A stretch of 64,000 nucleotides of DNA from an uncultured delta proteobacterium (GTDB taxonomy: Bacteria; Myxococcota_A; Polyangia; Polyangiales; Polyangiaceae). The DNA lies in the NCBI GenBank assembly GCA_963806225.1, contig CAWDXG010000001.1, positions 1,472,001 to 1,536,000 on the forward strand, in the 5' to 3' direction. Under the pieces are notes generated by a model. The model saw only the letters and a program-made list of their open reading frames with translations, made no database searches and was not told where the DNA came from. The translations under genes and the position numbers were made by a program. Shown here one piece after another: positions 50,835 through 58,914 of this stretch (position 1 is the first letter of the stretch; each line of letters starts with the position of its first letter).

Positions 50835-52085
50835 GTGATCCCCTGGCTGTTTCTGCTGGTGAGCCTGATCGGCGCCGCCTTCACCTTGAACGCGTTCATC
50901 CCAACGCGGGGCAGGGGATTCTTGTTCGTTCCGAGCTTCCTGGCGTCCTGGTTGACGATGGAGCTCGCGGGTCACCATCTCGTGTGGCAGGCCGCGGCCG
51001 CTGCGCTGCTCGTGTGGCTCGGCGCGCTGGCCGCGCTGCCCGGGTGGATCGGCCTCGGCATCACGCTGCTCTCGTGGGCCGGGCTCGTCGTGCTCCTGCT
51101 GCAGGGCCGCCGCTCGGCGCGCACGATGTACTCGGTGGTTGGGACCCTGGCCGGCGTCGGTCCCTGGCCAAAGGTGCCCTGGTGGTACGTGCTCTTGCCC
51201 TTCCCGCTGAGGACGGCCCGGGCTCGCGTGATCCGCGACGTGGTGTACGCGCGCGTTAGCGGACGGCGACTCAAGCTGGACGTGTTCCAGCCCCGTCGCG
51301 AAGGCGGGCGTCGTCCGGCGGTGCTGCAGATCCACGGCGGCGCCTGGGTGCTGGGCGACAAGAAGACCCAGGGCATCCCGCTTCTGACGCACCTGGCAGA
51401 CAACGGCTGGGTGGGCTTCAACGTCAACTACCGTCTGAGCCCCGGGGCCACCTTTCCCGATCATCTCGTCGACCTGAAGCGCGCCCTCGCCTGGATCCGC
51501 GAGCACGCCGACGACTACGGCGTGGACCCGGGCTTCGTGGCGGTGACTGGAGGATCGGCGGGAGGCCACCTCACGGCGCTCATGGCGCTGACCGGGAACG
51601 ACCCGGCGTACCAGCGCGGCTTCGAGGACGCGGACACCAGCGTGCAGGCGGCGGTGCCGTTCTACGGCATCTACGATTTCACGGACCGGCTGGGCACGCA
51701 GCAGCGCGAATTCAGAACGCGCTTGCTGCAGCCGCACATCATGAAGGCGTATTTCGCCGACGAGCCGGAGCGCTTCCACGAAGCGTCGCCGCTGGACCGC
51801 ATCCACGCGGACGCGCCGCCCTTCCTCGTCGTGCACGGCAGCCGCGACACGCTGGCACCACTCGCGGACGCCCGATTGTTCGTAGAGCGGCTGCGCGCGA
51901 TATCCCACGCTCCCGTGCTGTTCGCCGAGATATCCGGAGCGCAACACGCCTTCGACGTCTTCCCGTCACCGCGCGCCGTGCCCGTCATCGAGGGTGTCGA
52001 GCGCTTTCTCGATGCGGTCCACCGGGCATACCTGGACCGCCAGGCAGAGCCCGGGATACCGGTGTCTAGAGCCGCCGCGTCTTGA
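50835..52085 (+). CDS. Membrane-anchored alpha/beta hydrolase (HSL/LipQ-like esterase)
   Basis: N-terminal TMs, IHGGAW, NYRLSP, GGSAGGH, VHGSRD, AQHAFD. Confidence 0.9.
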   Translation: MIPWLFLLVSLIGAAFTLNAFIPTRGRGFLFVPSFLASWLTMELAGHHLVWQAAAAALLVWLGALAALPGWIGLGITLLSWAGLVVLLLQGRRSARTMYSVVGTLAGVGPWPKVPWWYVLLPFPLRTARARVIRDVVYARVSGRRLKLDVFQPRREGGRRPAVLQIHGGAWVLGDKKTQGIPLLTHLADNGWVGFNVNYRLSPGATFPDHLVDLKRALAWIREHADDYGVDPGFVAVTGGSAGGHLTALMALTGNDPAYQRGFEDADTSVQAAVPFYGIYDFTDRLGTQQREFRTRLLQPHIMKAYFADEPERFHEASPLDRIHADAPPFLVVHGSRDTLAPLADARLFVERLRAISHAPVLFAEISGAQHAFDVFPSPRAVPVIEGVERFLDAVHRAYLDRQAEPGIPVSRAAAS

Positions 52086-52100
52086 GTTGCGCCGCCGGGG

Positions 52101-52547
52101 CTACTGCGTCCCGTCGCCGCTCGCTGTCAGAGCCTGCGGCGACCCCGCCTTGCGTAGCCGACCGCTGTGGCGCTGGCCGCTGCGCGCGAGGATATCGGCG
52201 AGCAGCCAGATCCAGTTGACCCGGTGCGGCCCCGACAGCACGAGCTCCGCGTCCAGGTCATGCGCGCGGCGGACGCCATCGTCGTCGACCTGCGCACCGA
52301 TCACGACAGCCGGCAGATCCACGCCCGAGCGGCGCAGCTCGCTGACCACATCGATGCCGTCGACGTACGGCGGGCGCAGGCTGGTGAGCAGACACTGGTA
52401 GCTGAGCTCGTGCAGTTGCTCGAGCGCTTGCTCGGTATCGCCGACTGTCTCCGGCCAATAGCCGAAGCCTTCGACGATGCGCGCGAGCTCGTTTGCGACC
52501 CGCGCGTCCCTCTCGACGATCAGAATCCTGTTATCCCCCTCGATCAT
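52101..52547 (-). CDS. Atypical (pseudo-)receiver domain protein
   Basis: Receiver fold RILIVERD...YQCLLTSLRPPYVDGIDVV...LPAVVI, but Ser at the phospho-Asp position and no conserved Lys. Confidence 0.7.
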   Translation of the reverse strand: MIEGDNRILIVERDARVANELARIVEGFGYWPETVGDTEQALEQLHELSYQCLLTSLRPPYVDGIDVVSELRRSGVDLPAVVIGAQVDDDGVRRAHDLDAELVLSGPHRVNWIWLLADILARSGQRHSGRLRKAGSPQALTASGDGTQ

Positions 52548-52704
52548 ACGAGTGATTGTATCCGTCGCGTTGCCGTTGTCGAGCGACAATGGTGCGCTGA
52601 CGTTATCCACACAAGCGGTGCGCAACGTCGCGTTGGTTGCCGCTCGTTCAAGCGCGCAACCTCTGCGGACCGGGGCAGGGCGCCGCACATTTCTGCGCTC
52701 GTGC

Positions 52705-52720
52705 GGGCACGGGTTTTGCT
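52705..52720 (+). promoter_or_regulatory. Putative sigma-54 promoter of the FHA-GGDEF gene
   Basis: GGGCACGGGTTTTGCT, GG-N10-GC. Upstream palindromes TTGTCG-AG-CGACAA (52576) and CAACG-TCG-CGTTG (52623). Confidence 0.65.
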
Positions 52721-52738
52721 GGGTGTAATGGCATGTCG

Positions 52739-53731
52739 ATGCAACACCAGGAGAGCGAAACCGCGGCAGAAGGCACGCCAACGCCGTCTTCGCGGCGCGG
52801 TGCACACTACATCCGGACCACGCGCATGCACGCCGTTCCACGGCCGCCGCAGGGGACGATGGATGAAGAGGACTCGAGCACGCGGTCCGGACCGCTCGCC
52901 CGCGACCGCCATCTACTCACGGTGCTGGTCGGGGACCAGCTCGGCCAGGTGATCCGGCTCGACGGCGACGAGCTTCTGCTCGGTCGCGGAGATCAGGTCG
53001 ACGTACGTCTTGTCGATCCCGGCTTGTCGTGGGTGCACGCACGACTGCGCCGGCTCGAGGACGGCTTCTATCTCGAGGATCTCGCGAGCACCAACGGAAC
53101 CTTTGTCGACGGGAACCGCATCCAGCAGCCCGTGCGGCTGTCGGACGGCGACCGCATCCAGCTCGGCGGGCGTACCACGCTCAAGTTCAGCATCGTGGAC
53201 GAGCTGGAGGAATCAGCGGCGCTCAGGCTCTATGGCTCGATGGTGCACGATGCGCTGACCGGCGTTTTCAATCGTCGCTACCTCGAAGAGCGCCTGTCCA
53301 GTGAAGTGTCGTTCGCCTGTCGCCACGCGACGTCGCTGGCGCTTCTGCTCATCGACGTGGACCACTTCAAGCGGGTCAACGACCTTTTCGGGCACAACGT
53401 AGGAGACGCAACGCTGCGCGTGATCGCCGCTTCGATCCAGCGCATCCTCCGGCCGGAGGACGTGCTGGCCCGCTACGGTGGAGAGGAGTTCGTCGTGCTT
53501 GCGCGCAGCGTCACACCCAGGAACGCGGAGATCCTCGCCGAACGGATCCGCCGCCACGTCGAGGAGCTGGAGCTGGCGCTGGCCGATGAGCTGCCGATGA
53601 GCGTCAGTGTCGGCGTTGCCGTTATCGTGCCGGGGCGCGCGCGTCCGGATGCGGCGGCGCTGCTGAGGACTGCGGACGAGGCCATGTACGAGGCCAAGGC
53701 GCTGGGGCGCAATCGCGTCGTGATCCGGTGA
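52739..53731 (+). CDS. FHA-domain diguanylate cyclase (GGDEF)
   Basis: FHA LLGR...LSWVHA...DLASTNGTFV; HDALTGVFNRR, DVDHFKRVND, I-site RPED, GGEEF. Start uncertain (52733/52739/52859). Confidence 0.92.
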   Translation: MQHQESETAAEGTPTPSSRRGAHYIRTTRMHAVPRPPQGTMDEEDSSTRSGPLARDRHLLTVLVGDQLGQVIRLDGDELLLGRGDQVDVRLVDPGLSWVHARLRRLEDGFYLEDLASTNGTFVDGNRIQQPVRLSDGDRIQLGGRTTLKFSIVDELEESAALRLYGSMVHDALTGVFNRRYLEERLSSEVSFACRHATSLALLLIDVDHFKRVNDLFGHNVGDATLRVIAASIQRILRPEDVLARYGGEEFVVLARSVTPRNAEILAERIRRHVEELELALADELPMSVSVGVAVIVPGRARPDAAALLRTADEAMYEAKALGRNRVVIR

Positions 53732-53810
53732 AACGGCGCAGCTGTCGCGCCCGGGGCAAAAAGTCCTGCAGCGCGTGCGCTGCGGGGCACAACGCTACGC
53801 TCGGGCTTCC

Positions 53811-53826
53811 TGGAACAAGCCTTGCT
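53811..53826 (+). promoter_or_regulatory. Putative sigma-54 promoter of CBS gene 1
   Basis: TGGAACAAGCCTTGCT, GG-N10-GC, followed by GGAGG SD and ATG 53852. Confidence 0.65.
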
Positions 53827-53851
53827 ATCGTTCTGCGTGGAGGCTTGCGGG

Positions 53852-54304
53852 ATGCTGTGTCGTGATGTGATGAATAACGAGGTCGAGCCCGCTCGCACCG
53901 GACAGACGCTCGACGAGGTGGCGCGAAAAATGCGCGATGCCCAGACCGGATTTCTGCCCGTGTGCGATGGGCAGGGAAAGGTCGTGGGAGTCGTGACCGA
54001 TCGCGACATCACCGTGCGTGCCAGCGCGGAGAAGCTGCCCGTCGACCGGACGCCCGTCGACCGGATCATGACGCGCTCGATCATCGCGTGTTCGGAGGGC
54101 GATCCGCTGTCACGGGTGGGCGAGCTGATGACACAGCATCAGCGCTCGCGCGTCGTAGTTACGGACAGCGATGGGCGCCTGCTGGGCGTGCTGAGCCTGA
54201 CGGACCTGGCGCAGTACGAGGAACCGCTGCACCTCGCGCGCATCCTGCGCCAGATCAGCTCGCGCGAATTCCGCTTCAGGCGCGCGGGCGGCCCGCCCGC
54301 CTGA
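53852..54304 (+). CDS. CBS domain pair protein 1
   Basis: CRDVM, LPVCD, VGVVTDRDI, GVLSLTDL. Confidence 0.9.
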   Translation: MLCRDVMNNEVEPARTGQTLDEVARKMRDAQTGFLPVCDGQGKVVGVVTDRDITVRASAEKLPVDRTPVDRIMTRSIIACSEGDPLSRVGELMTQHQRSRVVVTDSDGRLLGVLSLTDLAQYEEPLHLARILRQISSREFRFRRAGGPPA

Positions 54305-54311
54305 ACAAGAA

Positions 54312-54785
54312 CTACTCGGCGGCCTGGCTGGTTTCGACCGGGCGCGGTTCGGTGACGAACGCAAGCGTCTTGACCACGCCAGTCGCACCGAGTGCCAGGC
54401 GCCGTGCCTTCGACTGCGCGAAACGAGCGAGATCAGCCAGCGTCAGCATGCCGACCAGCTGTCCCCACTCGCCGAGGACCGGGACGCGCCGGAGCTGGCG
54501 ATCCTGCATCAGCTCCTCGATGTCCGCCAGGCGATCGCCTTCCGAGCACGAATACACGGTGCGGGACATTGCTTCTTCGACGCGACACTCGTGCAGTGCC
54601 TTGCCGCGCGTGAAAGCGGCCATGCAGATATCGCGGTCGGTGATCATGCCGACTACGCGGGCCTCGGCGTCCACCACGGGCAGACAGCCGCGGTCGTGCT
54701 CCCACATCACCTGTGCGGCCTGGCTCAAGGTGTCATCGGGCGAGCAGGTCTGCACATGGGTGCTCATCAGATCGCGGATTTTCAT
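54312..54785 (-). CDS. CBS domain pair protein 2
   Basis: KIRDLM, GCLPVVD, VGMITDRDI, RRVPV, GMLTLADL. Confidence 0.92.
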   Translation of the reverse strand: MKIRDLMSTHVQTCSPDDTLSQAAQVMWEHDRGCLPVVDAEARVVGMITDRDICMAAFTRGKALHECRVEEAMSRTVYSCSEGDRLADIEELMQDRQLRRVPVLGEWGQLVGMLTLADLARFAQSKARRLALGATGVVKTLAFVTEPRPVETSQAAE

Positions 54786-54862
54786 GTTCGGTCCCCCTCT
54801 TGAACCCTGCTCGCGGGGGCTCCGTCCCCCACGGTGCTCCGCCGGCAGGTTCGATCACTTCT

Positions 54863-54878
54863 AGCAATCGCCGCGCCA
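54863..54878 (-). promoter_or_regulatory. Putative sigma-54 promoter of CBS gene 2
   Basis: Minus strand TGGCGCGGCGATTGCT, GG-N10-GC. Confidence 0.65.
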
Positions 54879-54901
54879 GCCGCCCCTCCGCCGGCGGCGG
54901 G

Positions 54902-55243
54902 TCAAGAGTCGTTGTGTTGTCGCGCCTTGCGGCGTAGCCATACCGCAGCAATTGCCGGGTAGAGCGAGAAGACGACCGCCATGGCCAGCGTACCGAAGGT
55001 TGCGGACGCCACCGTTCCGCCGCGCCCCGCAGAGCCGGGCGCTGGGGCGGGTCCGTGCACGATCGTCACTGCGCCGCCGAGCACACAGACGCTGACGGTC
55101 GCCCAGAACACGCGCGCGGCCAGCCCCGCCAGCCGTTGCATGCGCGCACGTTCCCGAACGCCAGCCGACTGGATGATCAACGCCAGAGAGGCCAGGTTCG
55201 CGGCGACGCACAGGCCTGTGATGACCCACGGTATTACGCGCAT
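54902..55243 (-). CDS. Small hypothetical membrane protein (3 TM)
   Basis: 113 aa with three hydrophobic segments; starts 8 bp after the upstream stop. Confidence 0.55.
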   Translation of the reverse strand: MRVIPWVITGLCVAANLASLALIIQSAGVRERARMQRLAGLAARVFWATVSVCVLGGAVTIVHGPAPAPGSAGRGGTVASATFGTLAMAVVFSLYPAIAAVWLRRKARQHNDS

Positions 55244-55250
55244 GGGGCGG

Positions 55251-55394
55251 CTAGCACGTCGTGCAGCTGCAATCGATCTCGATGCTGCCGCCGACGTGCG
55301 CGCACAGGTTGTACGGGCTCAGACAGATCTTGCTCGAGCAGCCGCAGGCCGCCGCGGCCGGAGCGGCGACCAACAGGGTGCCAAGTCTCTTCAC
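55251..55394 (-). CDS. Putative 47-aa Cys-rich secreted peptide or lipoprotein
   Basis: GTG start overlaps the upstream TGA (GTGA). Sequence VKRLGTLLVAAPAAAACGCSSKICLSPYNLCAHVGGSIEIDCSCTTC, 7 Cys. Confidence 0.5.
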   Translation of the reverse strand: MKRLGTLLVAAPAAAACGCSSKICLSPYNLCAHVGGSIEIDCSCTTC

Positions 55395-56587
55395 TTCTTC
55401 TGGCCTTCGTTCGGCGAGTCCGGTTGCGGCGTGACGAAGCGCACCGCCCGCATGCGGCGCTTCATCATGAACGGATGTGCTCCGTGGCGGATCCGGATCG
55501 ATCCGGGCTGTCGCGATACGACGCGTCCCACGAAAGCGTGCAGGCCGAAGCGCGCACCGGAACTTGTTGCGTCGTAGCGCGCGTGGACCAGGTACAGGCC
55601 CGGCTGTGCGAAGGTCCCGCGCGGGCACAGCTCGACGAGGCGGCTGTAGATCGTCATCGAGTGGCCCGCCCTCAGGTAGAGGAAGGCCTGGCGATCCGGC
55701 GCCCGCGCGTCCGGCTGCGGATCGCACGTCTCCAGTCCCTCGGGCCCCATGACCTCGAAGCTCACCAGCTCGCGCCGCAGGAAGAAATGCACGCCGTGCT
55801 TGGAGCGGTTCTTGAGACGCACCGCGATGGTGGCCGTCCGTTCCCGCGAAGCGTCGGAACCCCGCGAGATCGTCAGCTCGAGCGGTCCGGTCGGAGCGTC
55901 CTCGGTGTCCTTGCCGATGCGCGTGGACGACCACTCGGCGTAGGTGGAGCGCAGGGCGAAGGGTTCGGCTTCGAGCTCCTTCACGCTGTGTGCGGCGTCG
56001 TCCTCGTCGTGTGCGTGATGACGCTGGGGTGGGGGACCGGCGACGAACGGCGCGGACTGTTTCTTGGCGGGCTCCTTGATCAGACGGCCGTGGCGCCAGA
56101 GCTTCTTCTTCTTCTCGGGCCAGCCGAAATGCGGCGTCACGAACGCGCCGGGCACCAGCCGCCACTGGCCTCCGGAAGCGAAGCAGTACAGCCGTGGGTC
56201 GAAGGAGTGCACGACGCCCTCGCCGGGCCGGAGCACGACCTTGGCGCTGTCCGCGGGTCGGGACGGGAAGAGGCCGTGCGGCAGTCGACAGGTCTGGGTC
56301 CGTCGCTTGCCCGGTACGCGAACCTCGAACCACAGCAGCGAGGGATCGGCCACCAGCAGCGAGCGTTCGTGTCCCCGGTTCACGATGGACATGCGCCACG
56401 GCAATCCGGGGCCCTCTTCAGAGACGTCGAGCCGGAGCCCGCGGTCGGACTCGGCCGGCGTTGGCTGGTCGGCGCTGGATCGCGGCTTGGCCGCACCGGC
56501 CGCACCAGATCCCGGCCCCGCTAGTGCCGGGACCGGAAGCAGCGCTGCTGCGCCGACCAGCACCGTACGCACCAACACGGCTCTCAT
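55391..56587 (-). CDS. Hypothetical exported protein (two beta-sandwich-like domains)
   Basis: Signal peptide MRAVLVRTVLVGAAALLPVPALA. It is the C-terminal 398 aa of track ORF 55391..58762. Confidence 0.7.
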   Translation of the reverse strand: MRAVLVRTVLVGAAALLPVPALAGPGSGAAGAAKPRSSADQPTPAESDRGLRLDVSEEGPGLPWRMSIVNRGHERSLLVADPSLLWFEVRVPGKRRTQTCRLPHGLFPSRPADSAKVVLRPGEGVVHSFDPRLYCFASGGQWRLVPGAFVTPHFGWPEKKKKLWRHGRLIKEPAKKQSAPFVAGPPPQRHHAHDEDDAAHSVKELEAEPFALRSTYAEWSSTRIGKDTEDAPTGPLELTISRGSDASRERTATIAVRLKNRSKHGVHFFLRRELVSFEVMGPEGLETCDPQPDARAPDRQAFLYLRAGHSMTIYSRLVELCPRGTFAQPGLYLVHARYDATSSGARFGLHAFVGRVVSRQPGSIRIRHGAHPFMMKRRMRAVRFVTPQPDSPNEGQKK

Positions 56588-56683
56588 CCGTTGATCCGTA
56601 GCACATCCCCGGGCGGCGCCGCGAGCCACGGCGAGCGCGTTCTCCGGCTGGAACGCAGCCATTTCCCGGCTACTGTGCGGTCC

Positions 56684-57358
56684 ATGCGGCAGCCAGCGGT
56701 TCCCGGGCCGGCTCCGGTGCTCCGGACAGGGCTCTATCCGATCGTCGACGTGGGTACGCTCGAGCGCCGGGGGATCGGCATCCTCGACTTTGCTCTGCGC
56801 GTCATCGAGAAGCGTCCGCCACTTCTGCAACTGCGCGCGAAGCAGACCGACGCGCGCGAGACTCTGGCGCTGCTCCGCGCACTGCGCGGGCCGACCCGCG
56901 CAGCGGGCGTGGCGCTGTTCGCCAACGATCGTCCGGATCTCGCGCTGCTCGCGGAGTGTGACGGCGTGCACGTGGGGCAGACCGACCTGGGCATCGAGGA
57001 CGTGCGGCGCGTGGCGCCCGGGCTCGCCGTCGGCGTATCGACGCACGACGCGGATCAACTCGCGCTGGCGCTGGCGGCGCGACCCGACTACGTCGCGTTC
57101 GGTCCGGTGTTCGCGACGCGGTCCAAGGCGGTGCCCGATCCGGTCGTGGGTCTGGACGGACTCTCCCGTGCCGCGGAGTCCGCGCGCCGCGCCGGCGTCG
57201 CGCTGGTCGCGATCGGCGGCATCGATGCAGACACCGTGCGTCAGGTCGGCAGCCTGGGAGCCATGGCCGCGGTGATCGGCGCGCTCCTGCCGGCCTCCAC
57301 CGATCTCGACGAAGTCAGCGCGCGCTACCTGGCCCTGATGGAAGCGCTCGACGCATGA
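56684..57358 (+). CDS. thiE: Thiamine phosphate synthase
   Basis: LQLRAK, FANDRPD, DGVHVGQTD, VGVSTH, DYVAFGPVFATRSK, VAIGGI. Confidence 0.93.
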   Translation: MRQPAVPGPAPVLRTGLYPIVDVGTLERRGIGILDFALRVIEKRPPLLQLRAKQTDARETLALLRALRGPTRAAGVALFANDRPDLALLAECDGVHVGQTDLGIEDVRRVAPGLAVGVSTHDADQLALALAARPDYVAFGPVFATRSKAVPDPVVGLDGLSRAAESARRAGVALVAIGGIDADTVRQVGSLGAMAAVIGALLPASTDLDEVSARYLALMEALDA

Positions 57359-57936
57359 GCCTCGTCGTCGTGGCGCTTCTGGTCGGAGGTGGCGCGCTGG
57401 CAGTGAGCGCGCTCCTGACCCGCCGTCGCCGCTCGACGAAGCGGCCGGAAGAGCCGCCTGCGCTGCCCGCGCCGGAGCTTTCCGGGTTTCCGGTGGCGTT
57501 GGGCGACGTGATCTCGGTTGCCGGCGAGGAGGCCTGGCTCGAGCAGGGCTGGCTGCTCGAAGAAGCAGGCGCCGCCGTCGCCGCGGTGCTGTTCGCGGGC
57601 GACGTGATTGTGCTCGCACTGCCGTCGCCGCGCTCCGTGCTGTACTGGCTGTCGGCCGCCAGCCCGCCCTCGATTGCCGGCGAGCCTCCGCCCAGCCTGG
57701 ACGTGGACGGGGAACACTTCGAACGCGCGCGCCGCATTCCCGTCGCGGTGCGGACGCTCGGCAGGGCTGCCGACCCGCCCTGGGACAGCGCGCTCCTGGC
57801 CGAGTACCGCGCGCTCGGCGGTGTCGTGCTCTGGATGCTCGCGCGCGACGCCCGGGCGATCTGCTGGAGTGGCCGCCGGGTCGAGGACAGCGATCTCGAG
57901 AACTGGGGCGGCGGCGCGTCGACGCTCGGGGAGTAG
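57355..57936 (+). CDS. Hypothetical membrane-anchored protein
   Basis: ATGA-coupled to thiE; N-terminal TM followed by an Arg cluster. Confidence 0.65.
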   Translation: MSLVVVALLVGGGALAVSALLTRRRRSTKRPEEPPALPAPELSGFPVALGDVISVAGEEAWLEQGWLLEEAGAAVAAVLFAGDVIVLALPSPRSVLYWLSAASPPSIAGEPPPSLDVDGEHFERARRIPVAVRTLGRAADPPWDSALLAEYRALGGVVLWMLARDARAICWSGRRVEDSDLENWGGGASTLGE

Positions 57937-57942
57937 CGCCCT

Positions 57943-58914
57943 TCAGGCGCGCCGGAGCCGGGACACCATGGCCTCGAGCGCGAGCGCCGGCTGCACGTTC
58001 CGCTCGACTTCCGCGAGGGTCCCGAGCACGACTTCGTAGCAGCGCGCGGCGCGCTCGGCGGCCGCGGGGTCGTCGGCCACGCTCTGCCGGCCCCGCATAG
58101 CAAACGCATGTGCCAGGAAGGCCAGCTGATCCTTCAGCGCGTCGCGCCCCTGCGGGCGCGCGTCGGCGATGCCGATGGCCGACGCCAGATCGGGTGCGTC
58201 GATCGCCTCGAACGCGCCGTCGACAAACTCCCTGCGGGCGCGCATGGCGTCCTCTTCCGACAGCTCGAGTGCCAGTGACGCGCTGCCCTGCGCCATCGGC
58301 GCTACCGCCGGGTCTGCGCCGTGTGCGGTCAGTATCTGCGCGACGAGCTCGTCCGGCAGGGGTCCGAAGCGCACCGCGAGCGTGCGCGACAGCACCGTGT
58401 CGAGCAAGCGGTTGGGACGGCTGGTCAAGAGCACGAAGTGGGTGCGGTCCCCCGGTTCTTCGAGCGTCTTGAGCAGCGCGTTGGCTGCCTGGGGCGTGAG
58501 CTCCTCGGCGTCGCGCACGATGAACACCAGCGCGCGCCCCTCGTGCGGCGGGTAGCCAGCGCGGCCCAGTACCATGCGCCTGACCTGCTCCACGCTGATG
58601 CCGGTGGCTTCCGAGGCGCTGATGATGGAGCTCGGGTACAGGCCGCGCTGCACCAGCACCACGTCGGGGTGCTGCGGCACCCGCGGCTCGTCCCCGGAAA
58701 AGGTGATCGCGCGGCGGCAGGCGCTGCACTCGCCGCACGCGAGGGGCCCGCCGCGCTCGCACACGAGCGCCTGGGCCAGCGCAAAGGCCGCCATCTCCTT
58801 GCCGACTCCGGCAGGACCCTGGAATCGGTAGGCATGGTGCACGTGCCGCGATTCGAGCGCGCGCACCAGCGTCTGGATGGCCGAGTCCTGGGCCTGGATG
58901 TCGCCGAACGCCAT
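57943..58914 (-). CDS. holB: DNA polymerase III subunit delta-prime
   Basis: HHAYRFQGPAGVGK, Zn module C...CGECSAC, HPDV, AANALLKTLEEP, LLDTVLSR. Confidence 0.92.
   Translation of the reverse strand: MAFGDIQAQDSAIQTLVRALESRHVHHAYRFQGPAGVGKEMAAFALAQALVCERGGPLACGECSACRRAITFSGDEPRVPQHPDVVLVQRGLYPSSIISASEATGISVEQVRRMVLGRAGYPPHEGRALVFIVRDAEELTPQAANALLKTLEEPGDRTHFVLLTSRPNRLLDTVLSRTLAVRFGPLPDELVAQILTAHGADPAVAPMAQGSASLALELSEEDAMRARREFVDGAFEAIDAPDLASAIGIADARPQGRDALKDQLAFLAHAFAMRGRQSVADDPAAAERAARCYEVVLGTLAEVERNVQPALALEAMVSRLRRA

Noticed and set aside
52603..52611. Perfect DnaA box TTATCCACA (near-match also at 31143) as a possible oriC
   Set aside because: Isolated box with no cluster, no AT-rich unwinding element and no dnaA/dnaN/gidA nearby. 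At most a regulatory site.
56588..56700. TPP riboswitch upstream of thiE
   Set aside because: The intergenic region is under 100 bp and lacks the conserved GCTGAGA and CCTGA...GTAGGGA-type elements.
40..58762. Many long Arg/Ala/Pro-rich alternative-frame and antisense ORFs (e.g. 40..2109, 7215..9401, 20244..22601, 49344..51947, N-half of 55391..58762)
   Set aside because: Typical shadow ORFs of high-GC DNA; they overlap well-supported genes and carry no recognisable motifs.
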